Position numbers and translations under genes: made by a program. A stretch of DNA of 59,086 nt, counting the filler, from Dirinaria sp. TL-2023a (Eukaryota), in NCBI GenBank assembly GCA_051941275.1. It is 3 parts of 3 records of this genome, joined end to end, with 100 filler letters (N's around TTAATTAATTAA, not from the genome) between each part and the next. Parts side by side here need not be neighbours in the genome. Positions count along the whole stretch, not along the records: positions 19,756 to 39,378 come from JAVEBF010000322.1; positions 39,479 to 59,086 come from JAVEBF010000323.1; 1 more part is not named here. One strand, given 5' to 3'. The notes under the pieces are model-generated. The model did not search any database and was not told where the DNA came from. It saw only the letters and a list, made by a program, of their open reading frames with translations. Positions within the stretch are counted from its first letter, which is position 1, and each line of letters starts with the position of its first letter. Shown here piece by piece: positions 37,342 through 49,000 of the stretch.

Positions 37342-38197
37342 CCTCTTGACTTAAGATTGCAGTGAGGAAAAATGACTTTGTTTGACTTGCTGCCGTTGAG
37401 AGAAATTATAAGACTCACAGATCCTAGTTGAGCCATGATCACAAGATGTGAGGCTTGAACTCATTGCAGCAGGCCCACGAAAATAGGGATGAGCTGATTG
37501 AGTTGTAGACGTCGTTGACAGAGTTTCAGCAAAGTGTGAGCTCGGCAGTCAGAAAATAGTAGTGACACCGAAGACTACCGCGGAACAATTGTACATCCAT
37601 GACCCCCATCTGGCTGTCCTTAGCCACATATTTCCTTATTATTGATGAGTATGAACGTCCTCGATGATTTGCTGCAGGTTGTAAAACCAGCTGAAGGTCA
37701 TCATATCAGACGATTATCTGGAAGATGAAAGAACAGAATGTGTGATATGTGATGTGAAGCACACGAAGAAGATGGCGAGATTATCTCTTGATTCAGTCTT
37801 TCCAATACAGTGCAGACGAGAATTCTTCTTATTAAGTCAATGCTTTGAACTTACTGTGAGCTTCGCTCATTACCCTTGTAGAGCTCAGTGATCTACACAG
37901 TGTTTCATTAAGAAATCGTTGGACGATCTATTGCAGAGACTAGGTGAAGAAAGCTCTTCAATGAATATGCACTATCTTGTGTGGTATTCACCTCAGGCTT
38001 CGGAAAGTGAGTTCGGTGAGCACTCACTGCTTTATACATTGCTTGTGGAGACTCGGCTTGTTCAGACCTGGCACAGCTTACTTGACGCTGTTTGCTAATA
38101 GCAAGATACAAGCTCACAGATATCTTTGTCCACCGATCCAGTCCTATCTTACCACTACATTATCCTGAGACCAAGTCTTTCTGTTCCTCTACTGTCT

Positions 38198-38328
38198 CAT
38201 CCCAAAAGCCCCTCTCTCGTCACAAAGTACCTCTCAGTCACGGATCTCCATTCGAGCTCTCCGCATCCAAAAACCCCCTCTATAGTCACAAAGCTCCTCC
38301 CAGTCACGGGTTCTCTAATCGAGCTCTT
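38198..38328. repeat. Two diverged ~66-bp tandem copies immediately upstream of the MYND gene
   Basis: catcccaaaagcccctctctcgtcacaaagtacctctcagtcacggatctccattcgagctct vs catccaaaaaccccctctatagtcacaaagctcctcccagtcacgggttctctaatcgagctct. Confidence 0.85.
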
Positions 38329-38333
38329 CAACC

Positions 38334-39035
38334 ATGGACCACTCTCAAACGAAACCAGCGATAGCTGAAGCTACGACGACGTCCATGCATGCAGGCTCAC
38401 CACCCGATAACAACCTGACTGACCCCTCCGCCCCCATCACAAAACCATCATGCAGTAATCCAAGCTGTCCAGCTCCGGGAACGAAACTGTGCGCCTCCTG
38501 CCGAAAAATCTCTTACTGCAGTCGCGAATGCCAGAAAGTTGATTGGCCGGACCACAAAGCCCACTGTACAGTGCAAGCCGTGAGGCTTAACGCCACCGAC
38601 CACAGACGCAGCGACTACCAACAAGTGACCCTAAAGCACAACGACCCGATCTTCCAAACGAAGCCAATCCCAATCTCCCGAACACTCGGCTTCCAGCTTC
38701 TCGTGGCCAAGCTCGAGGACATCCCACCAAGGGGAGGCTCCAACCCGCATGCGGTGAGGCTAATGATTGATCCCCACACGCTGTGGGCACCGGACGACTG
38801 GCAGATGATACTGAGGACATGGGACGTCATTGTTGCCAGAGCAGACAAAAAGCCGCTAGAAACCAGTACGTTGGCTATCATGTTGGACTACATCCATGAG
38901 ATCATGGAAAACTGCGACCAGCCTGAGGCGGCAACGAATTGGGAGCCCAAGCCAGAGAGCTATTACGATGTCAAGAGGTTCAAGGAATATATGGCGAGTC
39001 ATGCCAAGGGTCGGTCGCAGGGAAGCCGGGATTAG
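38334..39035 (+). CDS. MYND-type zinc finger protein, intronless
   Basis: CSNPSC...LCASCRKISYCSRECQKVDWPDHKAHC is a canonical zf-MYND; it is followed by an uncharacterised domain (WAPDDWQ...VIVARADKKPL). Confidence 0.85.
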   Translation: MDHSQTKPAIAEATTTSMHAGSPPDNNLTDPSAPITKPSCSNPSCPAPGTKLCASCRKISYCSRECQKVDWPDHKAHCTVQAVRLNATDHRRSDYQQVTLKHNDPIFQTKPIPISRTLGFQLLVAKLEDIPPRGGSNPHAVRLMIDPHTLWAPDDWQMILRTWDVIVARADKKPLETSTLAIMLDYIHEIMENCDQPEAATNWEPKPESYYDVKRFKEYMASHAKGRSQGSRD

Positions 39036-39194
39036 TTAGTTAGCAAGGGGAAAGTTGTGGGTGAGAGCTGAGGGAGAGATATGAGAGATTTATGGTGTTA
39101 GGCAGTGGTGGGATGAGATTTTCAATGGCAGTTTAAGGTTAAATACTTATCATGAGGACGGCGGCTGACACCTATCAGCCGCAGCAAGGCTACT

Positions 39195-39378
39195 TAGGTC
39201 TAAAGACCGAGGGGAATAGAGAGTAGGATAGCATAGTATATCAAAGCAATGATCCCCCTCTCTCAACATCCAAACACCCAACCCTCGCAATGAACTTCTT
39301 TATCAGCAAAGCGAAATAGGTCTAAAGACTGAGAGGAGAGAGAAGAGCATAGCATAGCATATGCAAGCAATGATCCCC
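39195..39378. repeat. Diverged direct repeat with ~122-bp period running into the gap
   Basis: taggtctaaagac...gcatagtatatcaaagcaatgatcccc at 39195 recurs at 39317 as taggtctaaagac...gcatagcatatgcaagcaatgatcccc. Confidence 0.85.
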
Positions 39379-39478
39379 NNNNNNNNNNNNNNNNNNNNNN
39401 NNNNNNNNNNNNNNNNNNNNNNTTAATTAATTAANNNNNNNNNNNNNNNNNNNNNNNNNNNNNNNNNNNNNNNNNNNN
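39379..39478. other. Assembly gap with TTAATTAATTAA linker (39423-39434)
   Basis: Same structure as the gap at 19656-19755. Confidence 0.97.
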
Positions 39479-39657
39479 GGGAGGGGATGATATGGGTGGA
39501 TGGCTTTTGAAATTTTTCTACTAGAAAATGAAGAGAGATACAATGAGCCGGCACATTTTTTGGGACAAAAAACCTATCCTAAGATGCAGGAGCCAAAAAA
39601 AAAAAGCCACTGAATCCAAATTCGTTAGCCTGACTTTCTACCCCTCTGTTCTAAATT

Positions 39658-41589
39658 TCAGTCCTGTGGTAACCGCACCTCATACCCGTTCCCCCGCGTC
39701 CGGATCCAATCGAGCACGACCTGAGCATCTGTAAAATATGCCACTGCGCCTCCTTCCTGATTATACTTACAATTACCACCAAATGCAAGACCCAGCCACT
39801 GTCCGCCTCGTGTAAAAACAAAGGAGCCCGAATCGCCATGGCCTTGATCAAATGGCCTCTGGAATGGACTACCGCGATCGGCCACAAAGACATACTCAGT
39901 TGAAAACCCCATCCTCACATGTGGCAGCCCATCCCAAGGCATCTTAACGTCCAACTTGATATGGTTATATTTCCCGGTCGTTGCGCCGGTGCGAGAGCCG
40001 ACTTTGAATACTCGATTGAGGGCAGGGCCGGTCTGCATGCATGATGCTATACCGCTGAGCATTCTACCCGCCGCAACAGGAGGCTCGAAAGGAGATGACC
40101 ATTGGCCTGCTTCAGGAATGGTGTTGCTGCCTATCCTCGTATCTCGAAGCTCGAGCACCGCTAGGTCGAGTCGATGTTCCTCTAGGCTCTGTTTATAGCC
40201 GGAACACATGAACAGGCATCCTAGAAGATGGTTTCCTTGATCGAAATAACTGATCTTTTGCTTTTTCTTCTCACGGTGCATTGTGGCTATCTGCTGGGCC
40301 GCAACATCATTTGGTGAATGTTGCAGGTACTCCTCCATTTCCTCAATCTGTTCGTCATGCCACAATACGGTAGACCGATGCTGTCGTCGGCTAGGCGACT
40401 CAAAGGTGATATTCTCTCTACCTTTTCGACCGGGTCCAATCCCGCTTTGGTCGGCCTTCTGAAGCTCGCTACCCTCTTCGAGCGGTCCCTCTTTAGCTTT
40501 GCCTGGCCTATCTTCAACTACAGTGTAGCCATCGATGGCCTCCCTAACACAATGATAGTTCGTGATCGCGTACTTCTTCCATTGTCCCTCCTTTGACCGG
40601 ATCTCAAGATACCCTCCAATCGTTGCCGTTGGTCCCATAACGACATTCCCGTTTGCGCCAAGCCTCAAGTATCGATCAGGACCAAAGCCTGCGCCCATAG
40701 GAACACGATCCGGATAGTGCTCCCTGATGACTTCATTGTATTCTCCAGCTTCGGTTGGCTTTATCACTGGGAAAGTCATGGATGGATCAATGTTCCCACG
40801 TTCGAATTCCACCTTGACATCAGCAAGGTCGCATTGATCAAGGGAATCCAACATGTCTTTGATAGCCCTTTCCTCTCGCACCCAATCGCTGCGATTGAGA
40901 CCGTAGTCTACAGTGATGGAGATGGTTACAGGCCTTGATGGAGCTTCCTCGTATCCAATCCTCAGCGCATCTATGCTTTGCCAGCCTGAGTTCAACCTTG
41001 GGTTTTCCTCGAGGATCTCATGGATACGATTGTTCACCAGCGGCCAGGCTCTGACCAGTGGATGGCTAGCTTCGACGATATCAACAAATCTAGGTTCTGT
41101 AAGCTGCCAGCCGATGATTTCGACCTTTAAACTTCTCAAGTGCACGCTGCGGATGAGCACTTGCTTGATCTCGTGAGCGGCATCGTACCATGATTGGGCT
41201 CCACTGTCGTCGACCCAGTCAGCGTAGATTATAAGTGTAGCGTCGTCCTCGGATGGTTCGTCGCCTGGTATGGTTCGATACGCGACATCGGTCTGATGCT
41301 CCTCAAAGTCTATGTTCTTCTGCCGTAATATGTCAGTGATATGCGGTTCCAATTCCCTAAATTCTGCTCTGGCGGGGGAGTCTGGTGGTAGAGGTGTCTC
41401 TTCGAGTGGCAAAAGGGCGAGCGCTGGTATTCCCACTCGATAACGCTCAGCTGAGTAGTTTCGTCCTGGTACAGGAGCAATGACCAAGTCAGACCCTTCG
41501 GATGAGCTATCTTGCAGTCGGCGGCGTTTCGTATCGGGAGAAGAAAAGCTATTGGTCGTAGCAGATGGAGTAGAGTATGGTGTGGCCAT
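39658..41589 (-). CDS. Putative chymotrypsin-clan (PA) serine protease with long N-terminal region, no signal peptide, intronless
   Basis: 643-aa ORF with ordered motifs ATIGGYL, AITNYHCV (His), RLDLAVLE (Asp), VFKVGSRTGATTG and HGDSGSFV (Ser), followed by WLGLAFGG. Confidence 0.72.
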   Translation of the reverse strand: MATPYSTPSATTNSFSSPDTKRRRLQDSSSEGSDLVIAPVPGRNYSAERYRVGIPALALLPLEETPLPPDSPARAEFRELEPHITDILRQKNIDFEEHQTDVAYRTIPGDEPSEDDATLIIYADWVDDSGAQSWYDAAHEIKQVLIRSVHLRSLKVEIIGWQLTEPRFVDIVEASHPLVRAWPLVNNRIHEILEENPRLNSGWQSIDALRIGYEEAPSRPVTISITVDYGLNRSDWVREERAIKDMLDSLDQCDLADVKVEFERGNIDPSMTFPVIKPTEAGEYNEVIREHYPDRVPMGAGFGPDRYLRLGANGNVVMGPTATIGGYLEIRSKEGQWKKYAITNYHCVREAIDGYTVVEDRPGKAKEGPLEEGSELQKADQSGIGPGRKGRENITFESPSRRQHRSTVLWHDEQIEEMEEYLQHSPNDVAAQQIATMHREKKKQKISYFDQGNHLLGCLFMCSGYKQSLEEHRLDLAVLELRDTRIGSNTIPEAGQWSSPFEPPVAAGRMLSGIASCMQTGPALNRVFKVGSRTGATTGKYNHIKLDVKMPWDGLPHVRMGFSTEYVFVADRGSPFQRPFDQGHGDSGSFVFTRGGQWLGLAFGGNCKYNQEGGAVAYFTDAQVVLDWIRTRGNGYEVRLPQD

Positions 41590-44541
41590 TTCCTCGAAGC
41601 TTCAATCCAATGGTACAACGAATGTAGAATGGAAGAAATAGGAAATAAATGGAGGCGGTGGCCTTTATTTAGCTGTCACAGTATGCCTTGGAGGCTGAGG
41701 CAATAATTTCTTCCCGTGGACATCTCTCTTATAGTATATTTCCCAACAGTAAAGCTTAATTCGGTGGCTTTCTGTGTTGGTTGATTTCGGTAGCCGACCC
41801 GCTCCATCAGTCAGTTTAACTTTAAGCCCCCTTGCTCAACCAAGAAAAGCCCTGTCATTTCTTCTCACCGCCGAATTCCGCCACTGTATTCATTCTATTG
41901 ACAAGATTTTAGAAGTTATTTTGAGTTAGAGAAGCAGGAATGCCCGAGTGATATAGGAGCTCGAGGACAGCCAAGAAGATAGAAAGGAGTAGAAAACGAC
42001 ACTGGGGTCACCTTTGACGATTTCCCCTCTGATTGATAAAGTCGAGGCAACTTGATTTCCGCTTCTTCAAGCTCAAGTACTTTTGCGGCTTTTCCTATAG
42101 CTCTCGTCACATTTTTCGAAGAGACGCACCTCTGGCTCTTGTTTCAATTATCCGCAATCCAGGCTTTATCTTCGACTGAAGTGATACACCTCTTTTTCGT
42201 CGCAATGCGAAATAGATTTAACATACCTTAGATATAGAATCGTACTATAAGATCACTGGATTTGGAAAGATAGACTATAACTCGTAAGTCGTGAAAATAA
42301 GAAGAAAGAAACTGCAAAGGTTCAGAGCACTGGTATCTTCATCCGCCGCAATGAATGTAAAGAGCGCAAACCTCGTCTTTCGCTATTGGTATGTCGCTCC
42401 ACGTAATGTGATCCAGTATTTGACCCATAACGGAACAGTATTCCATCTCGTCATATTACCTTAATGGCGCTTGAATGTCCGATGCGCTGCTTCAAGGCCT
42501 CGAACGCATTCGAAGATCTGAGGATGAACTGGATCCGCGACTGCAAAGTGCTCGAGATTTCGTACTGTCAGTTCATCAACAGCTCAGTGAGAGCTGAACC
42601 GTCCGCTTGGGTAAGATCAAAAATTCACGATTGTCTGCTGTCGCCGGGCTCCAGCTGCTTGTGATCTTTGTATTTGAGCTTGTTCGAGCAAATCAGTGCA
42701 CAGTGCTTTCTTCGTCGATATCTCATGTGCAGCAACGCTTCTCTCAGTTTTGACCGAGCTTGGACTCACATTGTGTTGAGATCATCTTCTGACCATTCAT
42801 TAGGACCTGTGCAAATGAAATGCTGAGAATTGAGAATTGCTTCAGTAAATCTAAAGCCGGTCGATTCACTCTATGGTAATCTTCTCATTCCTTGATCCCA
42901 TTCATCAATATCCTCATTACAGATTCAGCCTCGAAAAATGTTTTCCTTCATTAGGCTGACGGTCTGCTTCGTATCAGATTGGATGGATGAGGAGAATGTC
43001 GCTCAGCAATTCTAGCATACTTCAGCCTCATTGCTTCTATCAGCTCATTCCCTGAGTGCTCCAAGTTCCGACAATGCTTTCTTCACATCACCATCGCCAG
43101 ACTTGGCCTCCGCCTTCAGCGTGGTGGCCATGATCCGAAGATTTTGTCCTCTAGCAGTGCAATACGTTGTAATTTGATGGGCATCGCCGACCGATCCTTC
43201 TTGCAGCTTCTTTTGTCTTAAAATGGAAGGCTTATGAATGATAGATCTCATCATAGGCTTGAGTTACTGCCTTTGAGGCCGTATTTTAAGTGTAGCTTTC
43301 TAGCGCTACTTTGATGGTCTTTACTTGCAACTGAAGGAATTTCGATGTCCGTGGGGCAATGTCGCGCTTCACCGCTTGTGTAATGTAGGAAAACCTTTTT
43401 TGTGGTCTCTCACGATCACAAGCATCTAGCTTCTGTTCGCGTTGTGAGTCGACTACGAGCACTTTGAATTGCATCGGAACCATCTCGTTCGACCACTCGC
43501 TTACGAGCTTGCTCTCCTTTCTCTTCTGGAATGGCGTCTTGATACACCTCTATTTCCTTCAGCACACAGCTAACAGGACCAATTTAGATATTAGTGATAA
43601 GGATTTGGTGCTGTTATTGTAACTAAGAAGCATACATTCCAATGATACCTTGGCACTTGCTTCTCGCAATTGCTCAGATTTGACGTATACCAAACAATGT
43701 CAAGCGAATTACAAGCGTAGAGATGTGAGTTTAAAAAAAAGACAGACTGGTGCTCTGTGCACAGAACGGCGAGAACCATGTGCAGGTGGAATTCCCAATT
43801 CGCTTCCTAGAAGGTTAGGACCCATACATAGTATACTTTGAAGAGAGTTTATGCGCTGCCAAGTGCTCGATCTAAAAGGTTAGCTGGTGGTTGTTGGCCT
43901 CAATTGGGACTTCTGATATTCAACTACGATAGGTAACTACCTTAGTAACTTCCCTCATTGAAATGTAACTTAGACTAGCAGTCATTCCAGACCACCAATT
44001 ATTGCACTAATTTGCGCACTGTATGAGTTGTGTAATTCCAGTCTCCGCACGTAGTGAGGCTAGGACTTGCGAGTGCTCTGGCTCGGTCAACAGCTTTTTA
44101 CTAGATAGCCTGTCATACCCATATGTTTTTCTCTTTGTAAATTATATCGTCATGATGCAAAGAGGAATTGCAGGTCTTTTGAATGCCGAGCAGGCCCGCG
44201 GGGTGATTCTGATATTTGTTCAGATGCCTCTGATTTGCTGTTCTGACTGCTTCATTTCCTCACAGCGCGCTGCAATTTATTAGCATTCCATTTTCGTTCC
44301 ACTTCGATCTGGAACTTTTGGCATTTAAAGGCGGGCCACTACTTTCTACTACGCGAACACCTTCAACATAGTACTGATCTTGCGGAAAACCCTAGCAGAA
44401 CCCTATATTTGTAGTCCTTTAAACGCCATACCTTATTTGAGAAATGTGAGCATCGCTTAGAGACCTAGAATTTAAACCTCTTCTTTTTCTCCTTTGATAA
44501 ATTGCAATATATATTGAAATAGGAAAGTATTAGAGCTCATT

Positions 44542-44651
44542 GGCCTTGTAGTATAGCGGTTATTATGTCTCCTTTACAGAAAAAAAGTTCCTTTACCAAC
44601 TTTAACAAATGCAAACGGAGAAGGTCCCAAGTTCGATCCTTGGCAAGGTCA
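44542..44651 (+). tRNA. tRNA-Val (anticodon TAC at 44575-44577) with a 37-nt intron (44579-44615)
   Basis: Acceptor stem GGCCTTG/CAAGGTC plus discriminator A; anticodon stem TCTCC/GGAGA; T arm CCAAG-TTCGATC-CTTGG; A-box-like TAGTATAGCGG; intron at canonical 37/38; T-run Pol III terminator at 44657-44661. Confidence 0.93.
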
Positions 44652-46037
44652 CTCCCTTTTTGCATCTTCTTACCCATACATATCTGCCTTTTTTTGCTTG
44701 AGCTTAGATGATTATCCGCCTGTTTCTAATTCATCCCTATCCAAGCAAAACGAAATTGATTGTTAAGATGAAGATGTTATGAAACCTATCTCTCGGTTTG
44801 ACATTTAATTCTACCTTTGCCCCCCAATGTCGCACTGGATGTGATATCGGTTCATATTTTTTCTATCTTGAATCATTTATAAATCGCCAGGTATGCTAAG
44901 ATCTGCGACCTGCTGTATGCCATACCACCTATTGTGAAGCTAGAGAGAAACCTGGATGGGTAAGATGGTTCTGTATATTTCATTAACATCTATATATAGG
45001 ATTTCAGATGCTTACGATAGCAATCGAAAATTAATTACCAGTATTGGGAATGTATGCGCAAGGAACCGTTGGGTTGGGAGGGGTTTGGAAGTTCAATGCT
45101 AGCAAGGAGATGGGAATATCTGATCCTCCTCTCATCGCCTTTTACGGATGATTTTCTCTTACCAGCGAGACTTTATAGGCTTTGTTATGGATGGTGTGTG
45201 ACTTCCGGATTTGTTCTCGCATCTTTGCTGCCGATGTGCTTTTGTATGAACATAGGACTCTGGGAGGTGTTTCCCCCTATGTACAGATTTGATACTATCC
45301 GCCTAGGTTCGGTTTCTTTGCGTTTAAATCGAAACTCCTATGATAATAGATACTGTAAGTAATCCTAAACCGATGAGGTATCTCACTACCGATCCCTTTG
45401 AAATAACCCTTACTTCTTTCCCCCTTGCTCCCTTCCCCCGACTTAATCAGAAAGAAGTTCCAATATACACATCCATACCCTTAGGTGATTTCTTCAGCTA
45501 TAAAATCAAGAGTCCATTTTGCAGTAAGGTGAACACGCTTTGTTGGCCGGTCGAGATGGTTGGGGTGGGCGCTTTCGCTGTTGCGCCTTCGTAAAAAGCT
45601 GCGTCCTGGTAAGGAGGGCGGGGCGAGAATGGCTAACGAGCAGTGAGTTACCGCAAGGTAGGGACAGAAGTTAGAGGTAATGTGATTCGGACCTGATGGT
45701 GAGGGTGAGGGTGGTGTATGTTTGGTGGCTACCAATGTTTATTTGTGGGCTACAGGGTTATAACAGCGAGTTTTCATGCGACTTTTTACTGAGTATTTGT
45801 GGATATGGGTTAATTTTTCTTGTGCAAAGGATTTCTTATCTTGGGGATATATATGCCCCGCGAAGTGAAAGAGAGAGTGTGTACAGCTCCTGAGGTAAAG
45901 TACCATATTCTACATTTTTAAGCCGGAGCAAGATGTTAAAAAAAAAGGGCTAAAACAGATTGTGTTACAGTAGCAGCCTGCCCAAAAATACCCGAAAGCC
46001 CGTGTTATGCCGCTAGGAAAGAGAACTCCCCTTTTAA

Positions 46038-49000
46038 TTAAGGTAGCGTGAAATTGAAGGGATTAACCTTTGCACCTGCTGTACCTTCCGCTGAGCGTTC
46101 CCACAGTGGCCCCTCGCCGGTGTCGTGGGGCTTCGCAAACGAATTGCCGTTGCCCGGTTTTATATTCCGCCAATTTTGAACGAACTTTTCGAACGTCTCG
46201 TCCTTGTCGGTGCATTGGAGCCTGTGTGGCTCCTTGCTTGGTCTAGCCTTGGTCGGGGATACTGCAGATCTGCCAAGTGTTGCTGATTTTAATGAGCCGT
46301 TCTGGGCCATGGCACCGGGTCGGGAATAAGCATTGGGCATAGGTGGGGGTGGCATGGCGATAGGTTTCTTCGAGGCTGAGTTGGGCTGGCACGTATCACG
46401 AGGTACCAAAGGCCTCGGTTTGAGAGGGCTCTGTACGCTCGGAACATTATCGCGAAGCCGACTGTGGCTTCCCTGGCTTGGTGAAGACATGGTAATAGTC
46501 TTGAAGGGACTCGGCTTTGGTGGAGTGCTTGAAGAGCCCCTCGGTTCCGTCGTCCACCAAGGTAATGGGCGACGAGGGCGGCTCGCTGATTGTTCTGGTT
46601 GTGGTGAGATACGACCTAATCGTACTGGGGATGAGGTGTCCGAATCGTCTTCTGTGAGGTCGATGACTTTGCGACGGGAATATGGAGGAGACGAGTCTAG
46701 AGCGCCTGAAGTAGTATCCGGGGCAAGGGGTTTTGGTGTTTGAACAGCTTCTGCGGTGCGCTTTGGAGATGAAGCCTCATCCGAGCTTTCTTGCTGGACC
46801 CGCTCCCTCTTCTTTTCACGCTGCATTGGAGTCACTACTCGACGAAGCTCTCCGAGAGACTTCGCACCAGACTCCTGCCCTTCTAGCCATCTACCACCGT
46901 CAATATCTTTGTCACTGAGGCTAGATCGCTTCGAATCCTGTTCCTTGATCGCTGAAGGACTTATTTGGCCAAGGTTCTTCATCGTCACTATACGTTTTGA
47001 ATAGCGAGGTTCCTTAATGTGGTTGCGGTAGAAGTACTCATACAGAACCGGATCCTGAGCGCCCTCTGCACATTGGTTGAGGTAGGTAGGGTAGTCTGTC
47101 TTGTGTCGTATGATAAAGTCATCCCAGAGCGACGGGTGTTCGTTGCGGTCAGCCTTCAATAGCGTGGCAATCTTGCCACACATGTTCTTGAAATGCTGCT
47201 CGTTGCCATTGTAGTCGGAATATGCTGCCTTGAACTTCTCGAATATAGTCACAGATTTTGTCTCGGTTTTTGTTTCGGCATTCTTTTCAGATAGTCGCTT
47301 CATTCCCTCTATGACTTTCTCACTGACTAGAGGCTGCACATCGTCGATTTTTTGGACAGATGGAGCTTCGACGTGATTCGAAGTTGATGTACAAGAGTCC
47401 TTCTGAGCTTTTCCTTCCACGTGAGGCACTACAAAGTCTGCCATGGAAAATTCCCCCGACGCTTGATTTTGAAACCGAATACTGCCCGTTGGCTCGATCC
47501 TTTGAGATAACTGCGCTTCAGCACTTGAAGGGGGCTCATTGGTAGAGGAATCTTGAGCATTGATACTTTTGGCTGTATTGCTTGAAGAATCTTTTGAGTG
47601 GAGTTTAAATTGAGCTTGTGATTCTTGAGCAAGTACGGGTTTGATTGGATCATTTGCGTCTGTCCCCTTGAGCTCAGCTGCAGCTGTCAAACCGGAAGTG
47701 GCTAGTCCTGAGCGTTGTGCATCTTGGAGAAGTTTGTTCTCTACAGCTAAAGCTGCACGAGCGTCCTCTGACTGGTCAAGTGTTACTTTCTCCTCTGGCT
47801 GAGGAGCAGAGTCTGTTCCGATAAACTTGTGGCGGGCGCCTGACGGTAGCTGCGTCTTCGGCGAGACCTGCCCCTCGTCCATTAAATGCAAGTTTGGTTC
47901 CTGCTCTTCATTGATGATCGTTCCATTTGGTTCCAGCTCAGGTCTATCGATATTCTCGAGAACAGCGACGCCTGGTTCCTCAATTCGGACGCCGGCATTG
48001 CCAGGCTTTGAAGCCTCGTTAGCTCTGCCAACAGTCAAATCCTTAGCTTTCCTGAGATTAGCAAAGAATTCCGATCGAGATCGACGCCCGATCACAGATG
48101 GATCTTGCATTACCCCCTTTAGGAAAGCTGTATCAGACGACGCCCGCGTAAAAAGCCTTTTCCGACGCTTTGAAGCAGTTGGTGAGAGAACAAGCGGTTC
48201 AGAGGCTTTACGCTTCAGGTCAGGCACGCTCGTAAAAACCATTCCGGATGCTAAAGAATCTGGTGTGGACGGAGCGTGTATTTCGTTTGGCATATTCAAG
48301 GGAAGAGATGTCTCTTCAACAGAAGATATGAGGTCTGCCATTGAATTTACACTACCAGGATCAATGAATTGGCCGTCATGCTTCACGCGATTGATGGAAG
48401 TCGCATTCGCTTCACCATTCTGCGTCACCTGCTCGGATAAATCTCCGCTGTAACGGCTCCTGCCTTCTCCAGTAGTAAGGGATTCGGCCTTGTCTACCAC
48501 AATGACCTCTGAGCTAGCGTTAGACAATGTCACGTGAGTGTCTTCAATGACGCCCGGTTGACCAGATAGTTCTTGATGCCGACTTGCAGTAGAGCAGGCT
48601 ATAGGAGGAAGATTTCCATTGTGGCGAGAATTGATTAACGGCGTCCGCTCGACTTGCATCACAATCTGCTTTGATGGGTCTGTAGAAGCGAAACTCTGTG
48701 TTGGTAGAGATTCGTTTGGAAACCCCGTCTCGTGTTCAAGCGCTATTGGAATAGTAAGTTCCAAATCTGAATCTGCACTAGACGAATCAGGCATCGAGCT
48801 TTCGAAAGGGTCTACAGATATATGCTGCTGAACAGGGTCGGCAATTGCTTCATTACGTTGCTGGTCGTTAAAGAAGGCTTGCGTTTCAACGACTCTGCTT
48901 CCATCTGTAGTCGCACGGTCGGACTCAGGCTCTGCCAGGAATGGCTCCGAGATGCTTTCAATTTCGAGATCAGAGGCATCCACTTCCGTAACCTTTGAAT

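Noticed and set aside
38198..39378. Direct repeats considered as CRISPR array or LTRs
   Set aside because: Eukaryotic context, only two diverged adjacent copies each, no unique spacers, no TG...CA termini or target-site duplication.
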